A model generated the notes under the pieces. It did no database searches. It was not told the DNA's origin and saw nothing but the letters and a program-made list of their open reading frames with translations. DNA of 64,000 nt from Candidatus Hadarchaeota archaeon (GTDB taxonomy: Archaea > CAYQAE01 > CAYVLA01), in the NCBI GenBank assembly GCA_964621445.1, contig CAZUNO010000006.1, positions 92,336 to 156,335 of the forward strand, in the 5' to 3' direction. This document shows positions 43,407 to 53,366 of this stretch, piece after piece (positions within the stretch are counted from its first letter, which is position 1; each line of letters opens with the position of its first letter). The translations under genes were made by a program, and so were the position numbers.

Positions 43407-44700
43407 CTATATACGCAAAATAGAGATAGCAGGCCTCGAGGTTTTCTCACTGGGACCGGCTAATGGCCAAGCCCACAGCGAATGTATAAACAATAATATG
43501 AAGAGGCTAGGCTCCTCAATTTCCGCGGTCCATTCTCAAAGACCTGACAGCATGTATATTTTGGCCTCCCGGATAGGGCCTTCGGATCTTAGACGAGCCC
43601 GGACCTTGATCTTGGCACCGGGGGCGGCGGTGGGATTTCCGGCGGGACATCATCCACCAGGGGTACGACATCCTCGAACATCGTCGTGTAAGATCTCTGG
43701 ATTGCAGGCTCAAGGCTGGATGCGGCCATCTCGTATTCACCGTTCCGTGTGTGCTTCCTCCCGGCTTCCAGGGCTTTGGATGTGGAAAGGTTAAGATCAA
43801 GCCATCTTGCATAACGGATTAAAAGTTCCAGCTCAAGGATCATCCCTTTTGCCTGACTCAACAACAGGTCATTCCATGGTATCTCTGCAATAAGGCAAGG
43901 AGCGTCATCTATGGTTATATTTGGCGTTATCAATTCTTTTTCGCTGAGGTTGACCCCGATGTAGGTTAGGTCTCTAGTTTCCGAGAAGATGGCGACCTTG
44001 TCGGCTATAACATCGCTTAGGTGGTGGGCTTCGAGCAGGATTGTGGTGGCATTGGGTCCCCCGTATGGTCTGGCCTCCATCATGGGGTATAGTGAAACAA
44101 CGGGTAATGGGGAGGCCTTTGATCGATTAAAAAAGATATATTTGTTCACCAGGCGGTACGCCGCCTGGTAGGAGCTTTCGTCGGCCAGCTTGAATGGGGT
44201 GGGTCCCTGGTATATCCACATCACCCCCTCGTTTCTCACCGCCTGTTCCATGTCATCTATTAGTTCGAAAGGCCTGATTTTGGCGGTCCAAAATCCCGGA
44301 ATGAGCACTCCATTAACGTCCCCTGCGTGTAATTCCCACCATTCCCTTAGCTTCTCATAATTCAGCGAATCATAGCCACCATATGGGTGTTCCGTCCAAA
44401 GGGTCAACGGAACCTCCGACGTATTGAAGCCAAGGGTTACGTTCCAACCACCCATGCCTCCTTAAAGGCCAGAACTCCTAAAGACAGGTTCGGGTTGATA
44501 TCCCGGACCTTCTGAGCCGTATTCCTGGCCATTTGATAGATTTTTCTCTCCTCCCAATTCTGAAATTCCTCTAGGAGGCCTTCGTTCTCCAGGAATTGGT
44601 AGCGCTCACCGGGGGCAATATCCCGGAACCGCCTGCCCGTTTCGTTGGCGAACTTGTGGAAGGCTTTGTAGTCATAGCTGTACATATATTGGGTCCCTCG
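43407..44700 (-). pseudogene. Frameshifted 3' remnant of a secreted hydrolase-like protein
   Basis: Co-linear pieces 44437..44685, 43589..44455 and a hydrophobic tail in different frames; 5' end missing. Confidence 0.55.
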
Positions 44701-44903
44701 CCTCCATTCTCTGACTGGAAGACCAACGTCTTGTTGTACCTCCCTCTGTCTCCCCCGGGACCGAAGTAATCGTGGGAGGCCACCAACCCTCCATCGGGAA
44801 GAACCACTATGCTGGGGGAGCCGATGAACCTTTCGCTCTTGGCCGGGGAGTGATTGATTACCATCCCGGGAACCTGCGAGAAATCAGGGTCCTTGTAGGG
44901 CAT
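44697..44903 (-). pseudogene. N-terminal fragment of a BNR/sialidase-type beta-propeller protein
   Basis: [11 protein letters not shown]...[23 protein letters not shown]...VFQSENGGE; stops inside the first Asp-box. Confidence 0.65.
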
Positions 44904-45239
44904 GATGTGGACCGGAGATGGAGTTCATAATAACCTTTCTTTACCACCATCTAGGAACCGATAAACTTGCATTTGGTGAATTCTCACTTCTTCAAATTAG
45001 TAGTTCCTTTCCGTCCTTTGCCCATTGATTCTGAATGCCTCCTATGAACTCGGTTCCAGGCAGGGGATAGTATGCGGTCCTTTTTAACAATCAGGATCCA
45101 AGGCAAATAGCTTGAGATCGTAAGGGAGCCTAATAGGTTGAATAACTTGGTGGCCTAGGGCCCACTGGGGTTCTTCAGCCTGAGAATATAACCAAATACT
45201 TAGGAATTTGAATGGTAAGAAAAGCAATTTACGATTCGA

Positions 45240-46661
45240 TCAGGATTCGCTGGGCAACCGGTTACTAGCTTTCCTGCTATCAGGCCTGGAAAGCTGGATT
45301 CCTTGGCGGATATAACTCTGCCTGCCGGATGATATGCTGAAGCCCAGCTTTTCAAAATCCAAAACGGGAGTCTCTGCCTGCCTTAGCTTCAGAACGCAAT
45401 CGAAAAGCTCCTTTATCATGGCCAAGTCGGCCTCGTCTTCAACTAGCATGGGATTCAGCATGAACACCACCGTACAGTTCGCTTTCCTGAAACGATCGAC
45501 CATTTCCATTATGTGGGGATAGATGGTCTCTATCCGTGATGATACTAGATAGGCAGATAGAATGTCAACCAAAGCCCTCTTTTTCCTTGGTTCAATTGCC
45601 TCCAGTGCTCTGGACATCGCTACTTCAACCACAGATAATGCCACTGGGGATACGTAGGTATCTTCATGTGTTTCCAGAGTGGGGACTTCGGTAAACCGGC
45701 TGGTGTAACAGTCAACGATCCTGAGCCGGGATTTACCCTGGTTGAGATCTGAGCGTATCTTGTCGGGTGTTCTTGTCGCACTCACCACCAAGGAGCCCTC
45801 ACCTTGATCGAGTCCGGTTTGGATGAAGGCCCGAGCAAAGTCCTCCTTTTCCTGGTTGGGACCTGCGACCAGTAACATTGCCATGCCTTTTGGCAGTCCT
45901 CCATCGAGGGCCTTATCGAGGTGGCTAATTCCGGTGGATATCCGGGAGGTCAACACCCCGTCATATATGGTATGGAGAAGGCCTTCCTCTATTAGGTAGT
46001 CCATATACTTATTCACCGTTCTGCCACAGTTGGATCTGACTATCCTTCGAAGTTCCTCATGGTCATCTATATTAGCAATTTTCGCGAAATGATCAACGAT
46101 GGCTTCAAACAGGTCGACGAGTTCTTCCTTTCTTACCTGATCCTGGTCGACTTTCAGAACGGAATCACGATCAAGCATGAATTCGCCCTTGTCCGTGAAT
46201 CGGGAACGCGATAATATGGCTTGGTTATTAACATATCTTTCTAGGATCATATTTAGCCGTTCTGCACCCTCAAGAACGACTATTGGCTGTGCAAGATCCT
46301 GGTACAGTTGTCCAAATAGGCTTAGGGCAACGTGATTGTCCGAGGGTAAGGGGAATCCAGGGTCAAAATGACCCGTTGCCGCTATCTGTTCCATTCTTCT
46401 CCGGTTTTGTTCGGCCCAATAGGTATAGAAAGGAAGACCCAGAGCCTGGAGCACGAGGAATTTCATGGCCTGATCGGGGTTTCCATTGGAGTAGGCCTGG
46501 AATAGAAAAAGCGAAGGACCCAGTACGAGAATAACGGTGGGGAGCATTGCCAAATGAGGGGTATATCTGGTCCTTGCATAGAACTGGAGAAAACCAATCA
46601 CTCCCATGGCCAGAGTAACGAGGGCCAGGATTTCACCTATTATCGCTACCAGCCCGATCAA
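45240..46661 (-). CDS. Membrane-anchored KaiC/RAD55-like protein with degenerate Walker A
   Basis: 3 N-terminal TM helices, helical linker, ISTGISHLDKALDGGLPKG, AGPNQEKE in place of GxPGxGKT, IVDCY, LFDCVLKL. Confidence 0.8.
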   Translation of the reverse strand: MIGLVAIIGEILALVTLAMGVIGFLQFYARTRYTPHLAMLPTVILVLGPSLFLFQAYSNGNPDQAMKFLVLQALGLPFYTYWAEQNRRRMEQIAATGHFDPGFPLPSDNHVALSLFGQLYQDLAQPIVVLEGAERLNMILERYVNNQAILSRSRFTDKGEFMLDRDSVLKVDQDQVRKEELVDLFEAIVDHFAKIANIDDHEELRRIVRSNCGRTVNKYMDYLIEEGLLHTIYDGVLTSRISTGISHLDKALDGGLPKGMAMLLVAGPNQEKEDFARAFIQTGLDQGEGSLVVSATRTPDKIRSDLNQGKSRLRIVDCYTSRFTEVPTLETHEDTYVSPVALSVVEVAMSRALEAIEPRKKRALVDILSAYLVSSRIETIYPHIMEMVDRFRKANCTVVFMLNPMLVEDEADLAMIKELFDCVLKLRQAETPVLDFEKLGFSISSGRQSYIRQGIQLSRPDSRKASNRLPSES

Positions 46662-47040
46662 GAATCCACCTCCTCCCCCTAACTATGTGCTGGAGTAGGA
46701 GCTTGTTTGAGAACTGGGCAAGAATCAATCCAAGAATCAGGCAGTATCCTCCAAGGAGTACCATCCATGAATTGCCCAGAATTAGGTAGGCCACTACTGC
46801 GATATATCCAGAGGCGAGAACGCAGAAGGCCAAGGCGTAAAGGTAGGACCTTGGCATATTGCCGCTCACCGATTCTATTCTTACATACTGATATACCATG
46901 TTGTAGAAGAAGGCGATTATTGAGACGGCAGCTAGTAGGAGAGCACCATTATGCATGTAGCCCTTCGAATATAGTGTAATTCCAATAGCAACCGCACAGG
47001 TTACAGCTATAATGCTTGTATTTCTTGATAATTTCAACAA
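46633..47040 (-). CDS. Four-TM membrane protein, coupled to the KaiC-like gene
   Basis: Four hydrophobic helices; its 3' end holds the GGAGGAGGTG SD of the next gene. Confidence 0.7.
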   Translation of the reverse strand: MLKLSRNTSIIAVTCAVAIGITLYSKGYMHNGALLLAAVSIIAFFYNMVYQYVRIESVSGNMPRSYLYALAFCVLASGYIAVVAYLILGNSWMVLLGGYCLILGLILAQFSNKLLLQHIVRGRRWILDRAGSDNR

Positions 47041-47245
47041 TATTTACAACCATTGAATAATTATTGAGGCAATTTTCTTTGAACACATAAAAATGTCTTT
47101 GATATTGGAAACTAATCAAAAAGATAGATTCTCATCGAACCGCCTTTTATCGATGAGTCCGCTAACTCTTCCAAGACCTTTTTTAGTCTGCCCTGTTGCC
47201 AAAAAAAGAATGGTCTCCTGGAATTTCCCCCCCGAGTCATTTTCC

Positions 47246-48103
47246 ATGAAGGCGAAGGCTTGGATACGGATGATGCGGCTTCACACATCCTTGATATATC
47301 CGTCCATGGGGCTCGCCGCATCTCTATTCATTTTAGGACGACCAAGGAGCATTGGTTTTCTTGTTCCCGTAATATCCATCCTGTTGATATCAATATCTGC
47401 CTATATGCTCAATGACGTATTTGACGTTGACGTCGATGAGGTGAGCAATGCCGATCGTCCAATTCCCACTGGAGTGCTCTCCAAACGTGAGGTTTCGGTA
47501 GTTGGTTCCCTTTGTCTGGCAGGCGGTTTTTTATTGGCCACAACATCAGGTTCAATTATAGCAATTGGAATCTCGATCATAATGTGCGCTTTGAGCATTT
47601 TCTACTCTGCTCCCCCCTTACGATTAAGAAGGTTGTTCATTGCGCCTTACCTGGTGATAGCAGGATTTGCTTCCCTTTCCTTCCTATTTGCCGCTGCTTA
47701 CCACGGCTCACTCCTGGAGGGGGATGTCCTGCTAGGCGGTATATTGGTTCTTGGATATGCAACGGGCTCCTGCATGGTGAAGGAATTCAAGGATCTGGAG
47801 GGTGACTCCTCAAGCGGGGTTAAGTCAATCCCCAGCACTTTGGGTCTGGAGAGGGGTGTAAAGGTAACCCTTCCCCTGTACCTGGGTGCGTACATGCTTC
47901 TACTTCCTCTCTACTGGATATTCTCTTTACATGCAATCTTTTTAGTAGCATTCGCTGCCATACTTGCCATTAAGGTCAAGAAATCCTATGATCTTTTGCA
48001 GGCTCCAAGGGAGATGGAACGGAGAATAGGCATCCTGAAGGTAGAGGTCGTTTCCACGGTAGTCATCTTCCTGCTGGCTGCTCTAAGCGCCACCATGGGT
48101 TGA
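47246..48103 (+). CDS. UbiA-family prenyltransferase (DGGGP synthase-like)
   Basis: NDVFDVDVD..N..RPIPTG, YSAPPLRL, KEFKDLEGD..GVKSIP; multi-TM; ATG 47246 preferred. Confidence 0.9.
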   Translation: MKAKAWIRMMRLHTSLIYPSMGLAASLFILGRPRSIGFLVPVISILLISISAYMLNDVFDVDVDEVSNADRPIPTGVLSKREVSVVGSLCLAGGFLLATTSGSIIAIGISIIMCALSIFYSAPPLRLRRLFIAPYLVIAGFASLSFLFAAAYHGSLLEGDVLLGGILVLGYATGSCMVKEFKDLEGDSSSGVKSIPSTLGLERGVKVTLPLYLGAYMLLLPLYWIFSLHAIFLVAFAAILAIKVKKSYDLLQAPREMERRIGILKVEVVSTVVIFLLAALSATMG

Positions 48104-48449
48104 GTACTTAGAGCACTTAGTAATCACTTGGAAGTCACTCCACTCTATACAGGGATCTACTGCCGTAGGATTCACAAATGAGTTTCCAAATTTTGGCGAA
48201 TTCAACAAAAGATGAAGTTATATTTTTAAAAGCGGGCATGTCATCCCTAGGTAATGAAGATGCATCCGGACCATTCGGTTATTACTCAGTTTTGTGAGTG
48301 CCGATTCTGTTTGGTAATTGCATTTTCGGTCCTACCCTAAAGGAAGCTGAAAAAAGCTCCGAGTGAGGGGGTTTTCTTTTTGTGTGAAATTTTTGGTAAT
48401 AACCACAGCGTAGACTATTTCATATGGACACCATTTTCGGAGGTGGCTA

Positions 48450-50735
48450 GTGATGAATGGAGATGAAGAGCATCTCCCGGAGGACTTCTATCCCGAGCCC
48501 TCGGAAGAAGTGGAGACCTCCCTGGATTCTCTGATAGAAAAGGGAGAGGAGATAATTTCCAGGTCCATGGCCGACATAGATTCAAAGGGCAATTATGGCC
48601 GGATTTGGGTTTTCCTCACTAAGAAGCATCTCATGGTAATAGAAGATGATGGTGAGATAAAGTACAATTTGCAAATGGCCAACCTCCAGATGGTCGAAAT
48701 CAGGGACTTTGTGGGAAATGGGCTTCTAACAGTCCTGGACAATGAGGAGAAAAGGATAGACGTAGTTCGATTTTCCAGAACCAGATCCAAGGGATTCCTG
48801 GACCTGGCGGGAAAGGTGGCCGAGGTCCTAAGGTCTAATGGAAATGCTAAGGATCAGGAAGATAGGGAAAAGGGACTTAAGGTCGAAGGGGATGCAGGAG
48901 AGGAGGCGCGGCGCTGCCCCAAATGTGGTCGTCCTCTTCCCAAGAGATCCGATATCTGTCCCCACTGCGTAGAGAAACGACGGGTATTTAGGAGGTTACT
49001 GAAATTCGTTCGACCCTATTGGATCCCGGTTACTGTGAGCTTCATTCTCACCGTCTTCATCTCCCTGGCAAACCTGGTTCCGGCCATACTCCTCAGGGAC
49101 CTAATAGATGGTTTAGTTGACATGAGGGGTGGGGATGCCTCCGCCGCGAGTCAATTTTTAGGACAACTGGCCTTGTTCTTGGGTATAGTGTACGCGACCT
49201 CCGCGGTGGCAAAGGCGGGGCGTCGATATCTGAATGGATGGTTGGGAGAAAAAATAACCTTCGATATCAGGAAGGCCATGTACCGTTATCTTCAGATGCT
49301 TTCTCTCAGGTTCTACGACCGCAAGAGAACTGGCGAGTTGATCTCAAGGGTCAAGAAGGATAGCTCCAACATAAGGGCCTTTCTAATACAGGGCAGCCAG
49401 AAACTACTAGTTGATATGGTGACCATGGTTGCTATATCCGCCATTCTTTTTTCCATAGAGCCCAGGATAGCGGCGGTTTCGCTTTTGCCGGTCCCCATCC
49501 TGGCCCTGGGAACATCTCTTTTTGCCAAAAAGATACACCGCATCTATCATAGGGTATGGCGTTCATGGGCCAAGATGAGTTCGGTACTTGCCGATACAAT
49601 TCCGGGCATCTTGGTGGTAAAGGCATTCGCACAGGAGGATAGGGAAGTCAACAAGTTCGAGGATAGCACCGATAGTTTTGTATCCGCCAAGATAAGAACC
49701 CATAAACTGAAGTCTCTATTCTTCCCGGCCATGGGACTTCTCATGTACATGGGAAGCGTTATCGTCTATTGGTGGGGGGGTATTCTAAGCGTCAAGGAGA
49801 CCATTACCATAGGGACGCTTACGTTATTCGTCTCCTATCTCTGGAGATTCTACCAGCCGGTTCAAAGACTGAGTCAGATAACGGATCAGATTGAGAAGGC
49901 TTCCACTGCCGGAGAGCGGATATATGAAGTGCTGGATACCACCCCCGAGGTTCGTGATGCAAATGATTCGGTTAAGATGGAGGACATGAAGGGAGCAATC
50001 TCGTTTGAGGACGTGTCCTTTTCATACAATAATGAGAGCAGAGTTCTGGAGGGCATTAACCTTGAGGTGGAGCCGGGAGAGATGGTTGGCCTCGCCGGTC
50101 CCAGCGGTTCGGGCAAGTCGACTCTGGTTAAATTGATATCCAGATTCTATGACCCCGACGAGGGAAAGGTTAGCATCGATGGCGTTGATGTGAGGAAGAT
50201 CAAGCAGAGATCACTACGAGAGCGAATAGGTGTCGTCCTTCAGGAACCCTTCCTGTTCCATGGGTCCATAGCGGAAAACATCTCCTATGCACGTCCAAAG
50301 GCAAGCAGAGAGGAGATCATTCAAGCGTCCAAAGCGGCAAATGCACATTCATTCATAATGCGCCTTCCCGAGGGTTATGACACCCAGGTTGGTGAGCGCG
50401 GGGCTCGACTATCCGGCGGGGAGAAGCAGAGGATATCCATCGCCCGGGCAATAATTAACAAGCCCTCGATAATCGTGTTGGATGAGGCAACCTCCTCTGT
50501 TGACACGGCAACGGAGAGATCAATTCAGGAGGCACTGGAGAGGCTAATCGAGGGCAGGACCACAATTGCCATCGCACATAGACTATCCACCTTGAGAAAT
50601 GCCGATAAGCTCATCATCATGGAGGATGGCAAGATCGTGGAACGCGGGAAACACGAGGAGCTGCTTGAAAAGGACGGGGTCTATGCTAATCTGGTTAGGA
50701 TGCAGGGCGAATTGGCAAAGGCTAATGCTGTGTGA
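48450..50735 (+). CDS. ABC exporter (TMD+NBD) with N-terminal extension and Zn ribbon
   Basis: CPKCGRPLPKRSDICPHC, about 6 TM, GPSGSGKS, LSGGEKQR, LDEAT, IAHRLST; SD GGAGGTG. Confidence 0.95.
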   Translation: MMNGDEEHLPEDFYPEPSEEVETSLDSLIEKGEEIISRSMADIDSKGNYGRIWVFLTKKHLMVIEDDGEIKYNLQMANLQMVEIRDFVGNGLLTVLDNEEKRIDVVRFSRTRSKGFLDLAGKVAEVLRSNGNAKDQEDREKGLKVEGDAGEEARRCPKCGRPLPKRSDICPHCVEKRRVFRRLLKFVRPYWIPVTVSFILTVFISLANLVPAILLRDLIDGLVDMRGGDASAASQFLGQLALFLGIVYATSAVAKAGRRYLNGWLGEKITFDIRKAMYRYLQMLSLRFYDRKRTGELISRVKKDSSNIRAFLIQGSQKLLVDMVTMVAISAILFSIEPRIAAVSLLPVPILALGTSLFAKKIHRIYHRVWRSWAKMSSVLADTIPGILVVKAFAQEDREVNKFEDSTDSFVSAKIRTHKLKSLFFPAMGLLMYMGSVIVYWWGGILSVKETITIGTLTLFVSYLWRFYQPVQRLSQITDQIEKASTAGERIYEVLDTTPEVRDANDSVKMEDMKGAISFEDVSFSYNNESRVLEGINLEVEPGEMVGLAGPSGSGKSTLVKLISRFYDPDEGKVSIDGVDVRKIKQRSLRERIGVVLQEPFLFHGSIAENISYARPKASREEIIQASKAANAHSFIMRLPEGYDTQVGERGARLSGGEKQRISIARAIINKPSIIVLDEATSSVDTATERSIQEALERLIEGRTTIAIAHRLSTLRNADKLIIMEDGKIVERGKHEELLEKDGVYANLVRMQGELAKANAV

Positions 50736-50760
50736 AATAGGATAACTCTTTCACTGGATT

Positions 50761-50905
50761 TTAGATTCTGTTGCGGATGTTTCGTATTATTGCCTGGCAG
50801 TACTGAGGTAGGTCACCGGGGGTGGCGCGAGGTTACCATATTTCCGTCAACTACTACGGGTTCATCCTTGTAGTTTGCAGCAGCATTTTCCAGATCATCC
50901 CAATG
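50761..50905 (-). pseudogene. C-terminal fragment of PfpI/DJ-1 (YhbO-like) protein
   Basis: Hand translation DDLENAAANYKDEPVVVDGNMVTSRHP / DLPQYCQAII with a frameshift in a C run; not in the ORF track. Confidence 0.75.
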
Positions 50906-50970
50906 TGAGGATCCATCAATGGCGGGTGAAACCGCATGTTTTTTAATGTGGAAAGCGAAAAGGCGAGATA

Positions 50971-51291
50971 ATGACTGACCCAGATCCAGATGAGATGGAG
51001 GATCGTCTGACCGTTGAGGATGATGAGGCCGAAGAGGTACTAAGGAACTTTCTACATCATTATATCGAGCAAAAAGTCGGCACTCACGAGGATGTCAACG
51101 TGGAGGAGATATTGGGCCGTATTGACGATCCTGATCTGATTGATTCCCTCGCCTGGGGACGTGAGATGTCCAGAGTGCGACAGACGTTAAAGGGCTTTTC
51201 AAAGGATGTCCTGGTGGACATCATCTCCGAGGAGATGGAGGCAGAGGGTCTGTTGGATTCAGAGGAAACTAGAACCGCTTTAAGAATCTAG
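50971..51291 (+). CDS. Small acidic hypothetical protein
   Basis: 106-aa D/E-rich ORF with plausible codon usage. Confidence 0.6.
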   Translation: MTDPDPDEMEDRLTVEDDEAEEVLRNFLHHYIEQKVGTHEDVNVEEILGRIDDPDLIDSLAWGREMSRVRQTLKGFSKDVLVDIISEEMEAEGLLDSEETRTALRI

Positions 51292-51335
51292 GAGGCTTAG
51301 TAAAAACCTGTGCACCGGACACGGACTTGATTTGA

Positions 51336-52116
51336 GTGAGGGTAGGATCGAAGGAGATTTAGATTTCCAACTGGGATAATGTTCTTTTTCCTGAAGCCGG
51401 GATAACCAAGGGTGACGTCCTAGAGTATTACCGCGACATATCGGTTCACATCCTTCCCCATCTAAGGAACCGGCCATTGAGCATGCACAGGTTTCCGGAT
51501 GGCCTGGCAGGGGAGGATTTTTACCCAAAAAAGAAGCCTGATCATTTCCCGGAGTGGATAACCGAGATTGAGGTCCACAAGATTATCGTCCCGATAGAAT
51601 CGTTTTCGACCTGAACCCGCCTGAGGAGGAGTTCGACGATGTGGTGTTTGGCGCGTTTCGTGTGAAGGAATTGCTGGAGGAGGACGATCCCCCTGGTTAT
51701 GACTACCGGATCCCAGGGAGTACACGTCACGGTTCCAGTTAGAGGAGAGGTTTCCTATGAGGAGTCACGTACTTTCGACCAAAAAACTGCAAATATTCTG
51801 GCGGAAAAGCATGAGGATCGTCTAACCGTGGAGCAGAGAAAGGATAGAAGGAAGGATCGGGTCTTTATCGATACCTACCGCAACTCGTATGCACAGACCT
51901 TTAGTGGCGCCCTACTCGCTTAGAGCTAGGGAGGGAGCTCCCGTGGCAACCCCGCTAGAATGGAAGGAGCTTAAGGGGAATTTTCGTCCCAGGAAATATA
52001 AATTGAAAAACATATTTCGGAGAATAACACAGAAGAAGAATCCCTGGGAGGACATAGACAGGATATTCGTAACTCTGGATATCGCGGATGAGCTACCTGA
52101 TTCTAATGAGGTATAA
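51336..52116 (+). pseudogene. LigD polymerase/primase domain (NHEJ), inactivated
   Basis: ISNWDNVLFPEAGITKGDVLEYY, RPLSMHRFPDG, PDRIVFDLNP, TTGSQGVHV, RVFIDTYRN, APYSLRAREGAPVATPLEW; TAG at 51360, internal deletion, several frameshifts. Confidence 0.9.
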
Positions 52117-52176
52117 CCTTGTATGACTCCAGCGTCATATAGGATTAAGAAAGAAAAAAGAAAATGTAGATGCTCC

Positions 52177-52845
52177 CTATTCGGGGGCCACTACCAGGGT
52201 TTCCTCCACATCGACGACGCCTGAGGTGAATTCGGCGGAGTCAAGGGCCATGCGGTAGGATGCCCAGTCTGGAACGCTTCCCGTCAGTGTTACCTTCCCG
52301 TCCACTACCTCCACGTCAACCGAACCTGCATCCGGGCCAAGCCTTCGCTCCAGGGCATCAGTGATGTCCTGGGCAATGGATTCGTCGACGTAATCATCGG
52401 TGGGCACGACCGCTATGTTGTTGATAACCTCGAGCACGCCCAGGGTCTCGTATGCTATGTTCTCTATTTTGGTCTTCTTCCAATAGACGTCTATGGTTCC
52501 CTCCAGGGTGACAACGCCCGAATCTGCATCTATGTCGACCTTTGATGACTGAATGGTGGTATCCCATACTAGCCGCTGATCCAGGTGGTCGGCTATCTTT
52601 TCGTCCTCGGGTATCACTATCTCCTCAGGGTGTTCGATCTCTATCTGGTTAATGACATCGGTAACGTCCCTGGCTAGCCAAGCATCGGCTTCTGCAGCGT
52701 CCACCGCGTTCCTGTCGGGGACGGTCCCCGAAAGGGTTACCACCGTTCCTTTGACATCCACCTTTATGTCCGAGGCATCGACGCGGTTATCCCAGTAAAT
52801 TTCGTCCACTACTCTTTTCTTAATATCTTCCTCCAATACAATCAC
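52177..52845 (-). CDS. Triple-BON-domain protein (OsmY-like)
   Basis: Three repeats of I/V.V.V..G.VTL.G.V/I...A....GV..V.N/E; no signal peptide. Confidence 0.9.
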   Translation of the reverse strand: MIVLEEDIKKRVVDEIYWDNRVDASDIKVDVKGTVVTLSGTVPDRNAVDAAEADAWLARDVTDVINQIEIEHPEEIVIPEDEKIADHLDQRLVWDTTIQSSKVDIDADSGVVTLEGTIDVYWKKTKIENIAYETLGVLEVINNIAVVPTDDYVDESIAQDITDALERRLGPDAGSVDVEVVDGKVTLTGSVPDWASYRMALDSAEFTSGVVDVEETLVVAPE

Positions 52846-52971
52846 TATCTGGAATTGATTCGGAATTCAATTATAAAGTCAGGGATTGATAATGGAGTTG
52901 ACAGAAATCGCATCCGATTTTCACTGGACTAATGAGGTTAATGTCTATTTTGGATGAGGATATGAAAAAGA

Positions 52972-53355
52972 ATGGAGGGAGGAAGACAGGACCAAAAACC
53001 ACCCGGATTCATTTACTCAATCCTATCATCGGTACTAGTGATTTTGAATGCGATAGCAATATGGGTAGATGAGGAGATTATCGATTACCTTTTTGCTCCT
53101 CTAAAATACCTAATTGGAATGGAACTTCTTCTTAACTTAGTTCCGATCTGTTTCACCCTCGCGCTCATAATCCTTGCAAGTGGACTGGCCTTGAGGATAA
53201 TGCCTAGGCAACATCTTAGAATTGGGGTTTTATTGATTGCCTGCTCCTTATTCTGTCTTCTAATTGGGGGTGGTTTCGTTTTCGGTTCTGGCTTTGGCAT
53301 AAGGGCAGGCGTGGCAGCTTTAAGACATACAAGGAAGGATCGGGGAATGGGTTAG
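52972..53355 (+). CDS. Small membrane protein
   Basis: 3-4 TM helices with GGGFVFGSGFGI motif. Confidence 0.6.
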   Translation: MEGGRQDQKPPGFIYSILSSVLVILNAIAIWVDEEIIDYLFAPLKYLIGMELLLNLVPICFTLALIILASGLALRIMPRQHLRIGVLLIACSLFCLLIGGGFVFGSGFGIRAGVAALRHTRKDRGMG

Positions 53356-53366
53356 AGTTCAGTTGG

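Noticed and set aside
44914-44945. GGAGATGGAGTTC resembling a fluoride riboswitch 5' end
   Set aside because: No downstream pseudoknot partner (TAATGACTCC-like), and orientation is opposite to the adjacent gene
48102-48140. Short tandem GAGTACTTA/GAGCACTTA repeats
   Set aside because: Two to three degenerate 9-mers; too short to interpret
39469-51362. In-frame TAA/TAG in racemase, Zn-ribbon and LigD genes as recoding (Pyl/readthrough)
   Set aside because: They co-occur with frameshifts and motif damage; TAG, TAA and TGA all terminate core genes normally; aRF1 motifs are canonical
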